Assembly (NCBI GenBank): GCA_030141605.1
Contig: JAQGDQ010000466.1
Coordinates: forward strand, 115,015 to 179,014
Reading direction: 5' to 3'
Origin: Tubiluchus corallicola
Taxonomy: Eukaryota; Animalia; Priapulida
DNA length: 64,000 nt
Under the pieces are notes generated by a model. The model ran no database searches. It was not told the origin of the DNA and saw only the letters and a program-made list of their open reading frames with translations. Made by a program: the position numbers and the translations under genes. Position 1 is the stretch's first letter; every line of letters begins with the position of its first letter. Shown here piece after piece: positions 38,961 through 52,329 of the stretch.

Positions 38961-41085
38961 CTTGTACAAAAATATCCCCATGATTTATGTGGACATACGA
39001 TTGGGAACTTTGTGCAACCGTATTTTCTGTTGATCGTTTTTCCACATTTAAATGTGGGTACCAGTTCAGTTGGAGGTTGATAATTCAAGTCTCCTGATAA
39101 CAAAGAAGTTTGTGTGAAACTTGTAAGAAGTTTAAGAGATTATAGATGTTTGCAAAACATCTTAAGAATGACACTCTTCATTTCACCAAAATTTTAAAGC
39201 AAATAAAGCTGATAGACCGCATCCTTTTGAGGGATTATATTAAAGTGCTTAAGATTCCGTGGGAAGAGATTAAGCTGCTCTGTAGCCGCCTCTCAACAAC
39301 TTGTCTCAAGAGAATGAAAGTGGATTTTTCTCTAGCAGAAATTATTAGCATAAAAGTATAAAGCTTTTTATATATAAACAAGAAGAAAAACAAAGTAAAA
39401 TCCTCATCGCCATCATCATCTTCATCATCATCACCAACGTCATCGTCATCGTCGTCATCATCGCCAGCACAACAACAACAACAACAGAAACATTAACTGG
39501 AGTGACAGTCAAACGTGGGTCAGCAGTGACGAGGACAGAATAACAATGACACAGTTATTGTAAAAAAGATATACTTCACAAAACAGCAGTGGCAAGCAAC
39601 AAGAGTCAACACTTGTGCCAAAAAAGTTTTTCAAATATCCAAATGTTGCAAATCTGTTATGGGTTTCTTGTTTTGAGACCTCATTACCTTATTATTGATA
39701 TATTTTATCAAAATCAGACCATTTCAAGGTTGGTCATTGCCCATGTAGTTCTCACGCTGCTAACACTGTTGTGTAAATTTGCAGAACCACTTCAAAGAGA
39801 GAGAGATTATTATTGTTAGCTTATCAATCGTTTTTAAATTCCAGAGAGAATTATTGGGGATTAAAACGCTCCTTTGTCAGCAGGGTGTAACCTGCCACTC
39901 ATGTAAACATTTCAAAAGATTTATAATTAATCTTCTCTTTTGTGTGCAGAGAGCACGTCTCAAGTTGTCTGCAACTCAGGGCTGTTGTGGAATTTGCCGA
40001 AAAGATTATAAATTTCAAAAGCGGGGATAATTATTTTCGGCGCTTTTTAAGTCATTAAATTCCGGATTAAAATCCTTCTTTGTGTGTAACTCAAATACTT
40101 CACAAGATTTTGAAAGCCATTAATCTTCTCTTTTGCGTGCAGGGAGCGAGTTTCAAGTGGTTTGCAACTCAGGGCTTTTGTAGAATTTGTAGAAATTGCT
40201 CAAGATTACATCTTTCGTTGTGAACTGGTCGTGAACTACATCTCACCTCAAACACTTTACAAGACTTTTACAAATCCGTTAAGCTGTGCATGGAGACCCT
40301 GAAGTGATCTGCAAATTAGGGCTTTGACAAGGGCTGCAGATTAGAAAAATCTTTTTTTATCTATAACATGTGGTGAGCTCAAATTCCCCACAAGATTTAT
40401 AATTAAGTCGCTATTTTGTGTGATGATCACGTGGTTTGCAATTTGACATTTTGTGTTATCAGAAAATATAATCAAACTGTTAACCTGAATTTTCTATCAA
40501 TTCGATTCAGTTAATTTTTTTATTTTTTGGTAAATAAGATCACATAACATACCAATACAGTAAAATGAAATAGAGTACAATGAGATAATTGCTACCAGAT
40601 TAAAATATAAATGCAGGGTTAAAAAATTAAAAGCTAAATCTATTTTAGAGGCTAATTATTTAATAATTCGCTTGCATTCACAAAAAAGCAAAAGCTAAAG
40701 TGTGATAGAGATAGGTTTGCATACATTCTAGAAGCACTGCAATCGTATTTTATAGGGCAAGAAAAAGGGCACCTGAAGTAGGTTTCATATATCGCCTTAA
40801 AAAATTATACAACTTTACGGCAAATTATGCACATATCGTATTCGTGTTGAAAGAATTTTTGGTTTTTTTTTATTTTAAATCTCCCGAAATACTGTGATAT
40901 GACGTCACTACACATGTAAACTTTCCATGCAAATCTATTTTACTTAGTATTTCACTTACCTGCAGGAAAGACTTAAGTAGCTAGATTAATAATTTAAAAT
41001 GTTTGTGCCAATTGGTAAAATGTCACTATTCGCTTTCCACTTATTTTTAGTCTTATTGACAAGATACAGTAATTTAAAATTTTTC
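38700..41085 (+). repeat. Left arm of a long inverted repeat (partner 48580-51240)
   Basis: 38965 AAAAATATCCCCATGATTTATGT is the reverse complement of about 50730-50756; 41051 TCTTATTGACAAGATACAGTAATTTAAAATT is the reverse complement of about 48588-48619. Confidence 0.9.
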
Positions 41086-41339
41086 TTAGCAACATGTATA
41101 GTACGAGTGCTCTGATTGTTTTTTCAAACTTTGCTTAATGTTATCAAAACTTGTTTCAAACGACCTACCATTAAAATGGCTGCGCCTAACGGTCATTAAG
41201 GGAATTTAAATTTACACGTTTAATACAGCGTTGCAGCCAATGCAAGCCATGCATACAAAAAGGTAGTATATAAGTGGTTTAAAATTTTGAAACCAATTTC
41301 TTAAGCTTTATGAAAGTGGAGGGGTTTCTTGCGCTTTAA

Positions 41340-42090
41340 AGGGGGAATATCATGAAAATTAAGTTAAACTTATTTTATAGTTGCCTTCCCCGAGAATAAT
41401 TTGGCGAATTATTTTTAGCTAATTTTTACGTTGTCTAATTAATGAGTTATTAACTTTTTTGTATCTCGCTGGAGACGCCATTTACGAACTACATTTACGC
41501 CTCTCTCCATGAAAAAATTGAACTAGTGCAGCTCTGCTGAAGGCGTATCATCAGAGTATACCGGCGATACTGTCGTATACAATTGGGGTAAAAATAAAGC
41601 TGTTATTTGACCATGGGTCGGATAGGTGGCCATCTGATAGACGCAATTGCCGTTGAGGTCGCTCACATGTTTTCATCAAATTCTGCAAAAGCGATATATT
41701 TTACTACCGTCGAAAGTTATAGGTCCATTACCGTATATTGCACAAAAGTAGACTGGCCTACAGCATATTTTGAAAATTCTTGTGGCATTAATTGAAAACA
41801 TCGTTAACAATACAAGCTGCAAAAGCGTGGACCTTGGTAACAAAAGTTCATTTCTTGTAAAACAAGTCTGAACTTGTGTAACACATTCCACAACTATTTT
41901 TTAATAAGAACAATCACGATGACCGAAACCGAGCAAATCACGCATTCAATCCACAATAAGCTAATCTTTACTGTGATACCTTCACCAAGTAAACTGCATA
42001 AAAGTTTCGTATTCTGACGCTGCTTCACATTCCGGACTATATCTATAACAATCTGTCGACTTTTACAGCAGCAAGGAAACAAAAATTTGG
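41340..42090. mobile_element. Kolobok-like DNA transposon remnant (TTAA + AGG end; KolX/P2X7-ballast-like fragment on the minus strand)
   Basis: TTAA|AGGGGGAATATCATGAAAAT at 41336-41360. Across frameshifts, the minus strands of this copy (about 41920-42040) and its paralog (53750-54515) give the composite A(S)AYKTFTQF..LG(E/D)GI..LAYC.LNA..ARF. Confidence 0.45.
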
Positions 42091-42649
42091 CTATAGTTCG
42101 CAAAGCATTCATTTTTTGTAATTATTATCTATTAAACTTTATTTCAAATTTTGCAAATGTTAATCGAATTTGAAGAGATTATAGAAGTCATTTGATGCAA
42201 TGCAAATTAATTTGAGAAAGCAATTTTAACCAAGTAACAACTTGAAATTGTACCAAGGAAGTTTCAAAACAGAAAACCTTAGAAGAACAATGTTGACCCC
42301 TTACACATTGCGTCATTTTTTTATGAGACAAAGACACTGATTTCTGATGGTCATTAATCAAAGCTCTGATAACTAATGCTGTGGAAAGCTGACAGAAAAG
42401 GGAAGAGGAAAAGCGAGGGCCGATAAGTAGATAGAGGAAAACCACAAGAGGAGAGAGGGATGAAAAGAAAAGAAGGAGAAAAAGATAAAGAATGGGAGAG
42501 AAGGAGATGAAAAGGTCAGCGAGAGGAAAGGGCGAGCGGGAGAGAGAACAGAGAGAGGAGGGAGAGAGAGAGAGAGCTAAGGAGAGAGATCAAGTGAGAG
42601 ATGAGGTGACAGGAAGGAGGTAACAAGAGAGAAGTAAACATAGAAAAAG

Positions 42650-45600
42650 AAATCGTAACGTAACATTTTTTTGGAAAAATATCTTTTTATGAAATGCTTT
42701 TTCGATAAAACAATTTCCAGGGAAAAAGTTTTCTGGGAAAAAAATTCTTACAAATTTTATTCAGGAAAGTTTTTTTTCTGGTAAGCGGTTTTTTCTTTAG
42801 GAGACTATTGAGAGATTCTGGGATACTGGAAGACTCTTTTCTGAGATATGGACTTAAACCACGAATATGTTATAAATTCTTACAATGTAATTGAATTTTT
42901 CAATGTAAAAACCAGAAACATGCTAGAAGCTTTAGGGCAAACAAAATTAATGCTCAATCTCATTTCACAACAAGACTCGCTATAAACGGCTTGTGAGAAG
43001 CAACGCTGATTGTAGGTGATGCGGCTTACTGTAGTCAGCCCAGGCTAGGTGGAAGACGGTAGATGAATTATATGTGTGACAGGTGATGAGGATTTTTGTT
43101 TATCAAATAACCAAAATAGTTTATAATAATAGTTAAATGTGCATTTTGATTAGATTAAATTAAATTACCTGTTCTTACTTGTAAGGTGGTGACATCTGCC
43201 TTCAATATTAGCGTGCTACTTTTAAATACCTGTTAGTCAAGTTTCAATGTGTTCAAAGCAGTGATGACGTGCTGGCAAATTTTCTGTATTTTGATGTCAC
43301 GATTTGATGTCAAAGATGTATGTATGTTTTGTTTAATTTGATTTAGTTATTCAAGTCTTTGATTTATTTCACTTAATCGTAATCGAGATTTTGATAAGAA
43401 ATCTTTGTTAGTTTATTAAAGGAATTTGCATTTCATTCAAGATAAAATGTGTAATTTATAAAATGGCGTCTCAATGCGTGACAAATATGAAGTAAAATGA
43501 CAAAATAGCATGTGCCTTGATGATCATTATATGTTTATTATATTGTTTTTTAACTTAATTATAACCATAAAGGCCTAATATTTTAACTTATTCACAATTT
43601 TCTGTAGCGACTTCGCCTAGGTTTACCACATTACAAAAGGAGGTGACCACCAACAGGAAAAGTAACACGATGGAAAAGTCGATTGATCAATGCTGTATGC
43701 TCGTTCACATGAGCCAAAGTTAGCTAAAGGTCTGCTACACCCAGTTACAAATTACGTTTTAAAAGAAGGTCTTTTTGACAAGGGGATTGCTGCTTGTAGA
43801 GTTGCAAATGTAACTTTCTTTTGCAATGACTCACTATACAGAAACAATGAGTAATAGTACAAAACAATTTATTATGTTCATCAAACAATTACAAGTCTAT
43901 CATGCCAGTGTAGTGACGACAGTTTGAAGATATACAACACATACTTTTTGCACAGTGCTGTAATGTGTTTTTATGCAAAGCACAAAGTGCCATACAAAAT
44001 CAAAAATGATTGCATTTACAAGTTTTCACATTTAAACTTACAGATGTTTCACTCAATCTCACAATGTAAAATAAACTAATCACCGAAGCAATAGTGTACC
44101 TCAGTGTTTCTTGCAGGCCTGTTAAAATCAATTAATCATTAATCATAATCATCAGTAATCTTTTTTTAGATTAGTGACGCTCCACAATGATTATTTGTAC
44201 TCAAGATGAACAAACTTTGATTCAGTCCATTTCAAACAGTTTTGGACTTTTGCTCATTCTTTTGGCATATCAATACAATTATGTCATAATTTGTGACATC
44301 ATGTATTAAGTTACAAGGATCAGAACTGTCAGCTATAGCTTTTGTCAATTTTCTAAGAGCTGCTTCTACATGAAATGTTTTGCTGTCAATTCCAGCCTCC
44401 TTTATGGCAAGTTATAAAACACATCAGTTGACGAATGTCTTTAATTTACTTCAACATACCCAACATGGTCATCTATCTCACCAAGTCTGTGATACTTGAG
44501 ACTCAACTGATTCTTTACAACTTTGCACTTGATTCATAAAGCTGTTGGAAGAAAAAGACGAAATTTGTCGTAATTGTGGCTTCCTAGACGTTTCTAACGT
44601 TGCAGTGAGACACAGTAGGCAGAATAAGTTTCCGGTTTTAAAGTGACTTTTAGCCACATGAACTTCTTGAAACTCCACAGATAATAACCTGTAAATAAAC
44701 AAATTGGCAGTTTCAAACATAAAATCTCAATGTTAAATTTAATGCCATATTTTTGGAGGTGAATCATTTGAACTTGGTCACATGTTTTTTTGAATACATT
44801 TCACAATAAAGTCTGCTTCCAGAAAAATGGTTTTTTTCCGAGACAATTCACTGGCCCTCAGCCTTTGTGAGTGAAGAACAAAATCAGTCATTCACCCCCA
44901 CTTATACCTGTGAGCATGCACGACTTGCTTAATGTTTTCTGTCAAAGAAGTTTTGTTCATCATAAGCCATTTTCATTAATTAATTTAATTTGTTAGACAT
45001 TTAAATGGTACAAAAAGTTCCGCAAATAATTTAAAAAAAACCTGCAAGATCTTTTGGTCAATCTCTTGTGAAAAAAATATTAATATGAACAATTTAGTGC
45101 GAAGATTACACCCAAACTCCAGCAAAAATTTAGCTTTCCAAATTAAGACCAAAGCCAGCATCTGTTCTCTTGCAACACCAGGAACTCCCGACAGACTTCA
45201 ATTTTAATCTTTACGTCCAGAATTCCACAATTTTCTTCATTTCATTTTCTTCACATCTCAATGTTGAATTCCGCGTTTTAGGCCAGTGAATTTGTAATGG
45301 TGAGGTTGTGGTCAACATTGCCCATGGACAAGCTACAAGTCTTCAAAAGCAGTTGGAAACACAAGAGTAGAAATACTGCCCTTCATCTTAATTTTCATGC
45401 TACAGTTTATGCACAATACAAAGGTTCGATCATCGTAAGCATACATTTTGAATCTGATCACAAGATACCCAAGGCTGATTAAGATTTAGCAATTAATGGA
45501 GAAACAACCAGTATCCCTCAAGTTATTGATGTTGTCATAAGCAAGACTTTACAAAAACTCTAAAAAACTGGTATGCCACACATCTGTGACAATATTAAGA

Positions 45601-45700
45601 ATGCTGGGTCTTACTGAGACTTTTCTACATGAAAGGGATGTGCGCATCAAGATCAATAACTATACTTTTCAGAAATGCTGTTGTAAGATAGGTCTGCCAA
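42650..45700. repeat. Module h copy 3 plus module i copy 2 and a LINE RT stub
   Basis: Colinear with 16960-20120 apart from indels. Confidence 0.9.
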
Positions 45701-47350
45701 TCTTCCAAACCTGCCATACCTGCTGTACTACCAAACCCGGCATACTGTCATACCTGTCATACCTGCTGTACTGACAAACCCGGCATACTCTCATCACTGT
45801 CATACCTGCTGTACTGCCAAACCCGGCATACTCTCATCCCTGTTATACCTGCTGTACTGCCAAACCCGGCATACTGTCATACCTGCTGTACTGCCAAACC
45901 CGGCATACTCTCATACCTGTCATACCTGCTGTACTACCAAACCCGGCATACTGTCATACCTGTCATACCTGCTGTACTGCCAAACCCGGCATACTCTCAT
46001 ACCTGTCATACCTGCTGTACTGTCAAACCCGGCATACTCTCATACCTGTCATACCTGCTGTACTACCAAACCTGGCATACTGTCATACCTGTCATACCTG
46101 CTGTACTGACAAACCCGGCATACTGTCATACCTGTCATACCTGCTGTACTGTCAAACCCGGCATACTCTCATACCTGTCATACCTGCTGTACTACCAAAC
46201 CCGGCATACTGTCATACCTGTCATACCTGCTGTACTGACAAACCCGGCATACTGTCATACCTGTCATACCTGCTGTACTGCCTAACCCGGCATACTCTCA
46301 TACCTGTCATACCTGCTGTACTACCAAACCCGGCATACTGTCATACCTGTTATACCTGCTGTACTGACAAACCCGGCATACTGTCATACCTGTCATACCT
46401 GCTGTACTGCCAAACTCGGCATAGTCTCATACCTGTCATACCTGCTGTACTGCCTAACCCGGCATACTCTCATACCTGTCATACCTGCTGTACTGCCAAA
46501 CCCAGCATACTGTCATACCTATCATACCTGCTGTACTGCCAAACCTGGCATACTGTTATACCTGTCATACCTGCCATACTGACCAGCCTGCCTGCCATAC
46601 GAGCCATACTTGCCATACTGTCAAACCTGCCAAACATGCCATACTGACCAGCCTGCCATACTCGCCATACTTGCCATACTGACAAACCTGCTAAACCTGT
46701 CATGCCTGCTGTACTGCCAAACTTACCATACTGGCTATGCTAACAAATCTGCCAAGCCAGCCATACTGTCAAACCTGCCAAACCTGCTATACTGTCAAAC
46801 GTGTCAAACCTGCTATACTGAAAAACCTGAAAAACCCACCATGCAGAAAAACTGCCATACCCACCATATTGAAAAAACCTACTATACCTGCCATCCTAAC
46901 CATACCTGCCATACTGAAAAACTTGTCATACTGACTAACCTGTCAAACCAGCCATACTGACCAACCTGCCATACCTGCCATACTTGCCATACTGCCAAAC
47001 CTGCCAAAAATGCCATACCCACCATATTGAAAAAACCTACTATACCTGCCATCCTAACCATACCTGCCATACTGACAAACTTGTCATACTGACTAACCTG
47101 TCAAACCAGCCATACTGACCAACCTGCCATACCTGTCATACTTGCCATACTGCCAAACTTGCCATACTGACCACAATGCCATACTCGCCATACTGGCCAT
47201 ACTGACAAACCTGCCAAACTGCCATACTGACAAACATGCCATACTCGCCATACAGTCATACCTGTTGTTCCTGCTATACCGTCTATGCCTGCTGTACCAC
47301 CAAACCTGCCACACATGCAATACATGCCATACTGACAAACCTGGCAAAGC
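45700..47350. repeat. CCATACTG-family satellite, copy 3, with a homogenised 43-bp unit at 45720-46560
   Basis: Unit CTGTCATACCTGTCATACCTGCTGTACTGCCAAACCCGGCATA, period 43 (46098 to 46141). Confidence 0.96.
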
Positions 47351-48579
47351 AACACCTGTAGAGTAGGCCACTTACTGTCACACAAGGATGCTGCAAAATG
47401 GTGCACATCGAGAAAATTTGCCAGATTCCCTTTAACTTTTAATTTTTTAATGTTTTTTTCTTTATAAATAGTAGGTACGTTTCAACTTTTCTTTACATCA
47501 GTGTGCAGATGCAACTGCCTATTGCTGTCCTACTTTTAGTGTTATTTCTAATTTGAGCGATCTGAGAGTGCTTTAAAAACCTCCTAAACTGTAATCAGGC
47601 CGTACAGGCATCCAAACAACATTATCATTGCATGATAGATCACATCCCTACAGGACCCATTTATATAAAATAAAATAACTGATTTAAAATGATTGCTCAT
47701 AAGATTAACACTTACCCTAAAACATGTGCAGGACAGTTGTAAAGATAGAATTAGCTTGCTGATGCCTGACATAAACTTTGTAAAGCAAATTCATACTCCA
47801 TGCAATATTCCAGGCAAATCACGTCGATGACGTCACGAGGTGGCGCGTATTTTTAAAAATGGCGAAACGTGATCAGTTTTCTGTGAGAAATTTGAAAGTT
47901 AAGTTGCTGCTTTGTACCTAATGAAGCTTCAATGAAAAGCCAGGCGATTTTTCACTTTTACTGAGAGAACGTTAATTTAAAACTTGTTTTATGAAATTCC
48001 ACCATTCCATTTTTAAATCACCTTGCAGCCACAATCTGTTTATTAGACAAAATAGAAGCGTGACCACTTCTGTGGTTAAGTGCAAAGAATAAACTGTTTC
48101 ATACAGAAACCAAAATTTTCACTTTTCTAACAAAATCACACACTTTGCACTCAAAATCAGTATTACACTTCACTAAAACTGTTCTGTCTTTTCCTGGAGC
48201 ACTGCTCACACTTATAGCAAGACTGCAAAGCGAATGATTTGCTTCAGTTGTTTCGTCTTCACGCATCTGAAAGTTATGCCTATAAACTGACGTGTTGGAG
48301 TTGTTCACCATGACAGCTTTTTAACTCCGCCTCAAATTCTTGAGCACTAGAAATATGGCGCCAATAATGTTTGCTTGAACATTTTTAATAAACGCAAAGA
48401 TCTTTCATTTTTTAAGCGCAATCTATTTGCACAAGTTGACAATCTTACTACCAAATCTTTTCTTCTTTTTAAGAATTTACAGAAATCGAAATAAACTCCA
48501 ATAAATTGTCATTGCAGAATAATATGACCTGCTTAATATTTGTTACAGTTATGGTCAAAATAAAAAAAAATTATAAAAT

Positions 48580-51240
48580 TTTGAAAAATTTTAAATTACT
48601 GTATCTTGTCAATAAGATTAAATATTAGTTTCCGGCTAGTGAGTGGTTCAACGTGGAGGGTGAGTCAGCAATATTTTTCCCAATCGGCACAAAATATTTT
48701 AAATCATTAGTCTAGTTACTTAAGTCTTTCCAGCGGGGAAGTGAAATGCTAAGTAATATAGATTTGCACGAGAAGTTTTTTGGGACATAATGACGTCATG
48801 TAATTGTGCTGTCTGAACAGTATTTCGGGATATTTAAAATAAAAACAAACGAAAATGCCTTTCAACACGAATACGATATGTGCATAAAATTGCTGTAAAG
48901 TTGTATAATTTATGAGGGCAATATTTATGAAACCTACTTCAGTTGCCCTTTTCCTTTTCCTATAAAATACGATTGCAGTGCTTCTGACATGAGTGTAAAT
49001 CTATTTACGATTGCAGTTTTAATACATAATTAGCCTCTAAAATTGATTTAGCTTTTAATTTTTTAACCCCGTATTTATATTTTACTCTGGTAACAATTAT
49101 CTCATGTACTCTATTCCATTTTAGTACTGTATTTGTACTTTATGTGATCTTAATTACCAAAATAAAAAATTGAATTGAATTGAATTTATAGAAAATTCTG
49201 GTTAATAGTTTCATTACATTTTCTGATAACAAAAAAATGTCAAATTGCAAACCACGTGATCACACAAAATAACGACTTAATTATAAATCTTGTGAGAAAT
49301 TTGAGCTGACCACATATTATAGATAAAGAAAGATTTTTCATCAATTTTCTGTGAAATATTAAATTTTATAATACAGGTGTCATATTTTGCAAAGCCCTAA
49401 ACTGCAGATTACTTCAGGGTCTCAATGCACAGCTTAATGGATTTGTAAAGTCTTGTAAAGTGTTTGAGGTGAGATGCAGTTCACGCCCAGCGCACAAAGA
49501 AAGATGTAATCTTGAGCAATTTCGTCTGGAAATTAATAATGATCGAAAATAATTATCTTCACTTTTGAAATTGATAATATTTATGGCAAACTTTACAAAA
49601 GCCCTGAGTTGCAGACAACTTGAGACGTGCTCTCTGTACAAAAAAGAGAAGATTAATGGTTTTCCAAATATTGTGAAGTATTTGAGTTACACACAAAGAA
49701 GGATTTTAATCTTGTCTTGAATTTAATGACTTGAAAAGCGCCGAAAATAATTATCCTCGCTTTTGAAATTGATAATCTTTTCGGCAAATTCCACATAAGC
49801 CCTAAATTGCAGACAACTTGAGACGTGCTCTCTTCACACAAAAGAGAAGATTAATTAAAAATCTTTTGAAATGTTTACCAGAGTGGCAGGTTACACCCCG
49901 CTGACAAAGGAAGATTTTAGTCCCTAATAATTCTGTCTGGAATTTAATAACAATTGATAAGCTGACAATAATAATCTCTCTCTTTGAAGTGGTTCTGCAA
50001 ATTTTCACAACAATCTTAGCAGCGTGAGAACTACATGGGCAATGATCAACCTTGGAATGGTTTGATTTTGATAAAATATATCAATAATGAGGTCCCAAAA
50101 CAAGAAATGCATAACAGATTTGCACAAGTGTTGACTCTTGTCGCTTCCCACTGTTGATTTGTGAAGTTTGTGCCTTGACGTTGCTGCTCCACGTTTGACT
50201 GTCACACTAGTTATTGTTGTTGCTGTGTTGGTGATGATGACGACAACGACAATGATGACGATGGAGAAAAAGAAGAAGAAGAAGAAGATGATGATGATGA
50301 TTATGACGACGACAATGGCGCTGTCACTCTGTTTTTCTTGTTGTTTCCACAAGCTTTATACTTTTACTCTAATAATTAATTTTTGCAAGAAAAAAATCCC
50401 CACTTTTGTTCTCTTGAGACAAGTGAATGTTGAGAGGAGGCAAGAGAGCAGCTTAATTTTTTCCCACGGAATCTTAAGCACCTTAACATAATCCCTGAAA
50501 AGGACGCGGTCTATCAACTTTATTTGCTTTAAAATTTTGATGAAATGAGGATTGTCAGTCTTAAGATGTTTTGCAAACATCTATAATCTCTTAAACTTCT
50601 TACGAATTTTACACAAACTTCTTTGTTATCAGGAGACTTGAATTATTTTAATACAACTGAACTAGTTCACACATTTATCTGGAAAGACGACCAACAGAAA
50701 ATACGGTTGCACAAAGTCCCCAATCGTATGTCTACATAAATCATGGGGATATTTTTGTATAAGTAAATATGTGCACAGAAAATAAGTAAATATGTGCGGT
50801 TGCACAGAAAATAAGTAAATATGTGCGGTTGCACACAAAATAAGTAAATATGTGTGGTTGCATAGAAAATAAGTAAATATATGTGGTTGCATAGAAAATA
50901 AGTAAATATATGCGGTTGCATAGAAAATAAGAAAATATATGCAGTTGCATACAAAATAAGTAAATATGTGTGGTTGCTTAGAAAATAAGTAAATATGTGC
51001 GGTTGCATAGATAATAAGTAATTATGTGCAATTGCATAGAAAATAAGTAAACATGTGTGGTTGCGTAGAAAATAAGTAAATATGTGTGGTTGCGTAGAAA
51101 ATAAGTAAATATGTGCGGTTGTGTAGAAAATAAGTAAATATGTGCAGTTGCATAGAAAACAAGTAAATATGTGCGGTTGCATAGAAAATAAGTAAATATG
51201 TGCGGTTGCATACAAAATAAGTAAATATGTGCGGTTGCAG
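48580..51240 (-). repeat. Inverted copy of the 38700-41085 block, including the 29-bp satellite (50760-51240)
   Basis: Reverse-complement matches; ORF 50356-50580(-) mirrors ORF 39146-39361(+). Confidence 0.92.
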
Positions 51241-51949
51241 TAAACTTTAAAGTGCATCCCGGCGAGCAGAAATATTTGACTGTGTAAACATAGATTCATC
51301 AATGCATTTTACATTGAACAACTTGAGAGATTTCACAAATACTTAATATTCTTCAAAGGATTTCCTACAAAGAGCTTTTCAATCCAAGATGCCGCTATAT
51401 TTACCTTAGCGCCTGGGAAAGAGTGAAGCAAATAAAGCAGAGTGATTACACACTTGAATTTCAAGGCTGCATTCCACACCTGGGAAAGAGTTAAGTAAAT
51501 AAAGCAGAGTGATTACACACTTCAATTTCAAAGTCTGCATTCCACACCTGGAAAAGATTTAACAAAGAAAGCAGAGCAAATACAGACAATACTAATATTA
51601 GCCTACAAAATCAATAATGATCAGGAAACTCTGCAACAATTAGAGTAAATAAGCCATATGGATACATTCTTATGAGGATTAAACCTCAAGTGAAATGAGT
51701 TTTGAACATGTGATTTATAGACACTGATTCGTGATCAAGATGTTTGCAAAAATATTTTTCATAATCACGCCCAATAAAAGCACTTTCAAATTTAATACGT
51801 CTATATTTGTTTTAAACATGGATGAACACTTTACTTCTTTGTTTTAAACTGTGAAAAAGTAATTTACCAGATTTCACAAACCTTAAATATACTAGTCACA
51901 CCCTGTTAACTGTTTAAATACTGGAAAGAAAGAGCTGAAAAACAGAGAA

Positions 51950-52310
51950 TATTATCAATAGACTGCAGAAGATTTTTTTGTTTGCTTAAGCTGCCTCACT
52001 GGATCTCCCGGTGAAAGAGTTAAGAAGAGCCGCTTAGCAAATAGAGACGGGAATGTCAATAGTCTGCAGAAGTTTTTTGTTTAGTTTAACCGCCACCCTG
52101 GAACTCCCGGTGAAAGAGTTAAGAAAGATGCTTAGCAAATATAGACAAGAATGTCAATAGAATGCAGAAGCTTTTTGTTCAGTTTAACCGCCACCCTGGA
52201 ACTCCCGGTGAAAGAGTTAAGAAAAGACGCTAAGCAAATATAGCAGGTATGTCAATAGTCTGCAGAAGTTTTTTATTTAGCTAACCTTGGGAACCCCAGT
52301 GAATGCAAGA
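51950..52310. repeat. About 99-bp tandem repeat containing CCCGGTGAAAGAGTTAA, 3-4 copies
   Basis: Motif at about 52007, 52106 and 52204. Confidence 0.88.
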
Positions 52311-52329
52311 AGATATGAAAAGAGAAGAC

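Noticed and set aside
50662-51302. HIFTYFLCN-repeat ORFs (also 38739-39080 and 62802-63257)
   Set aside because: Translations of the 29-bp satellite.
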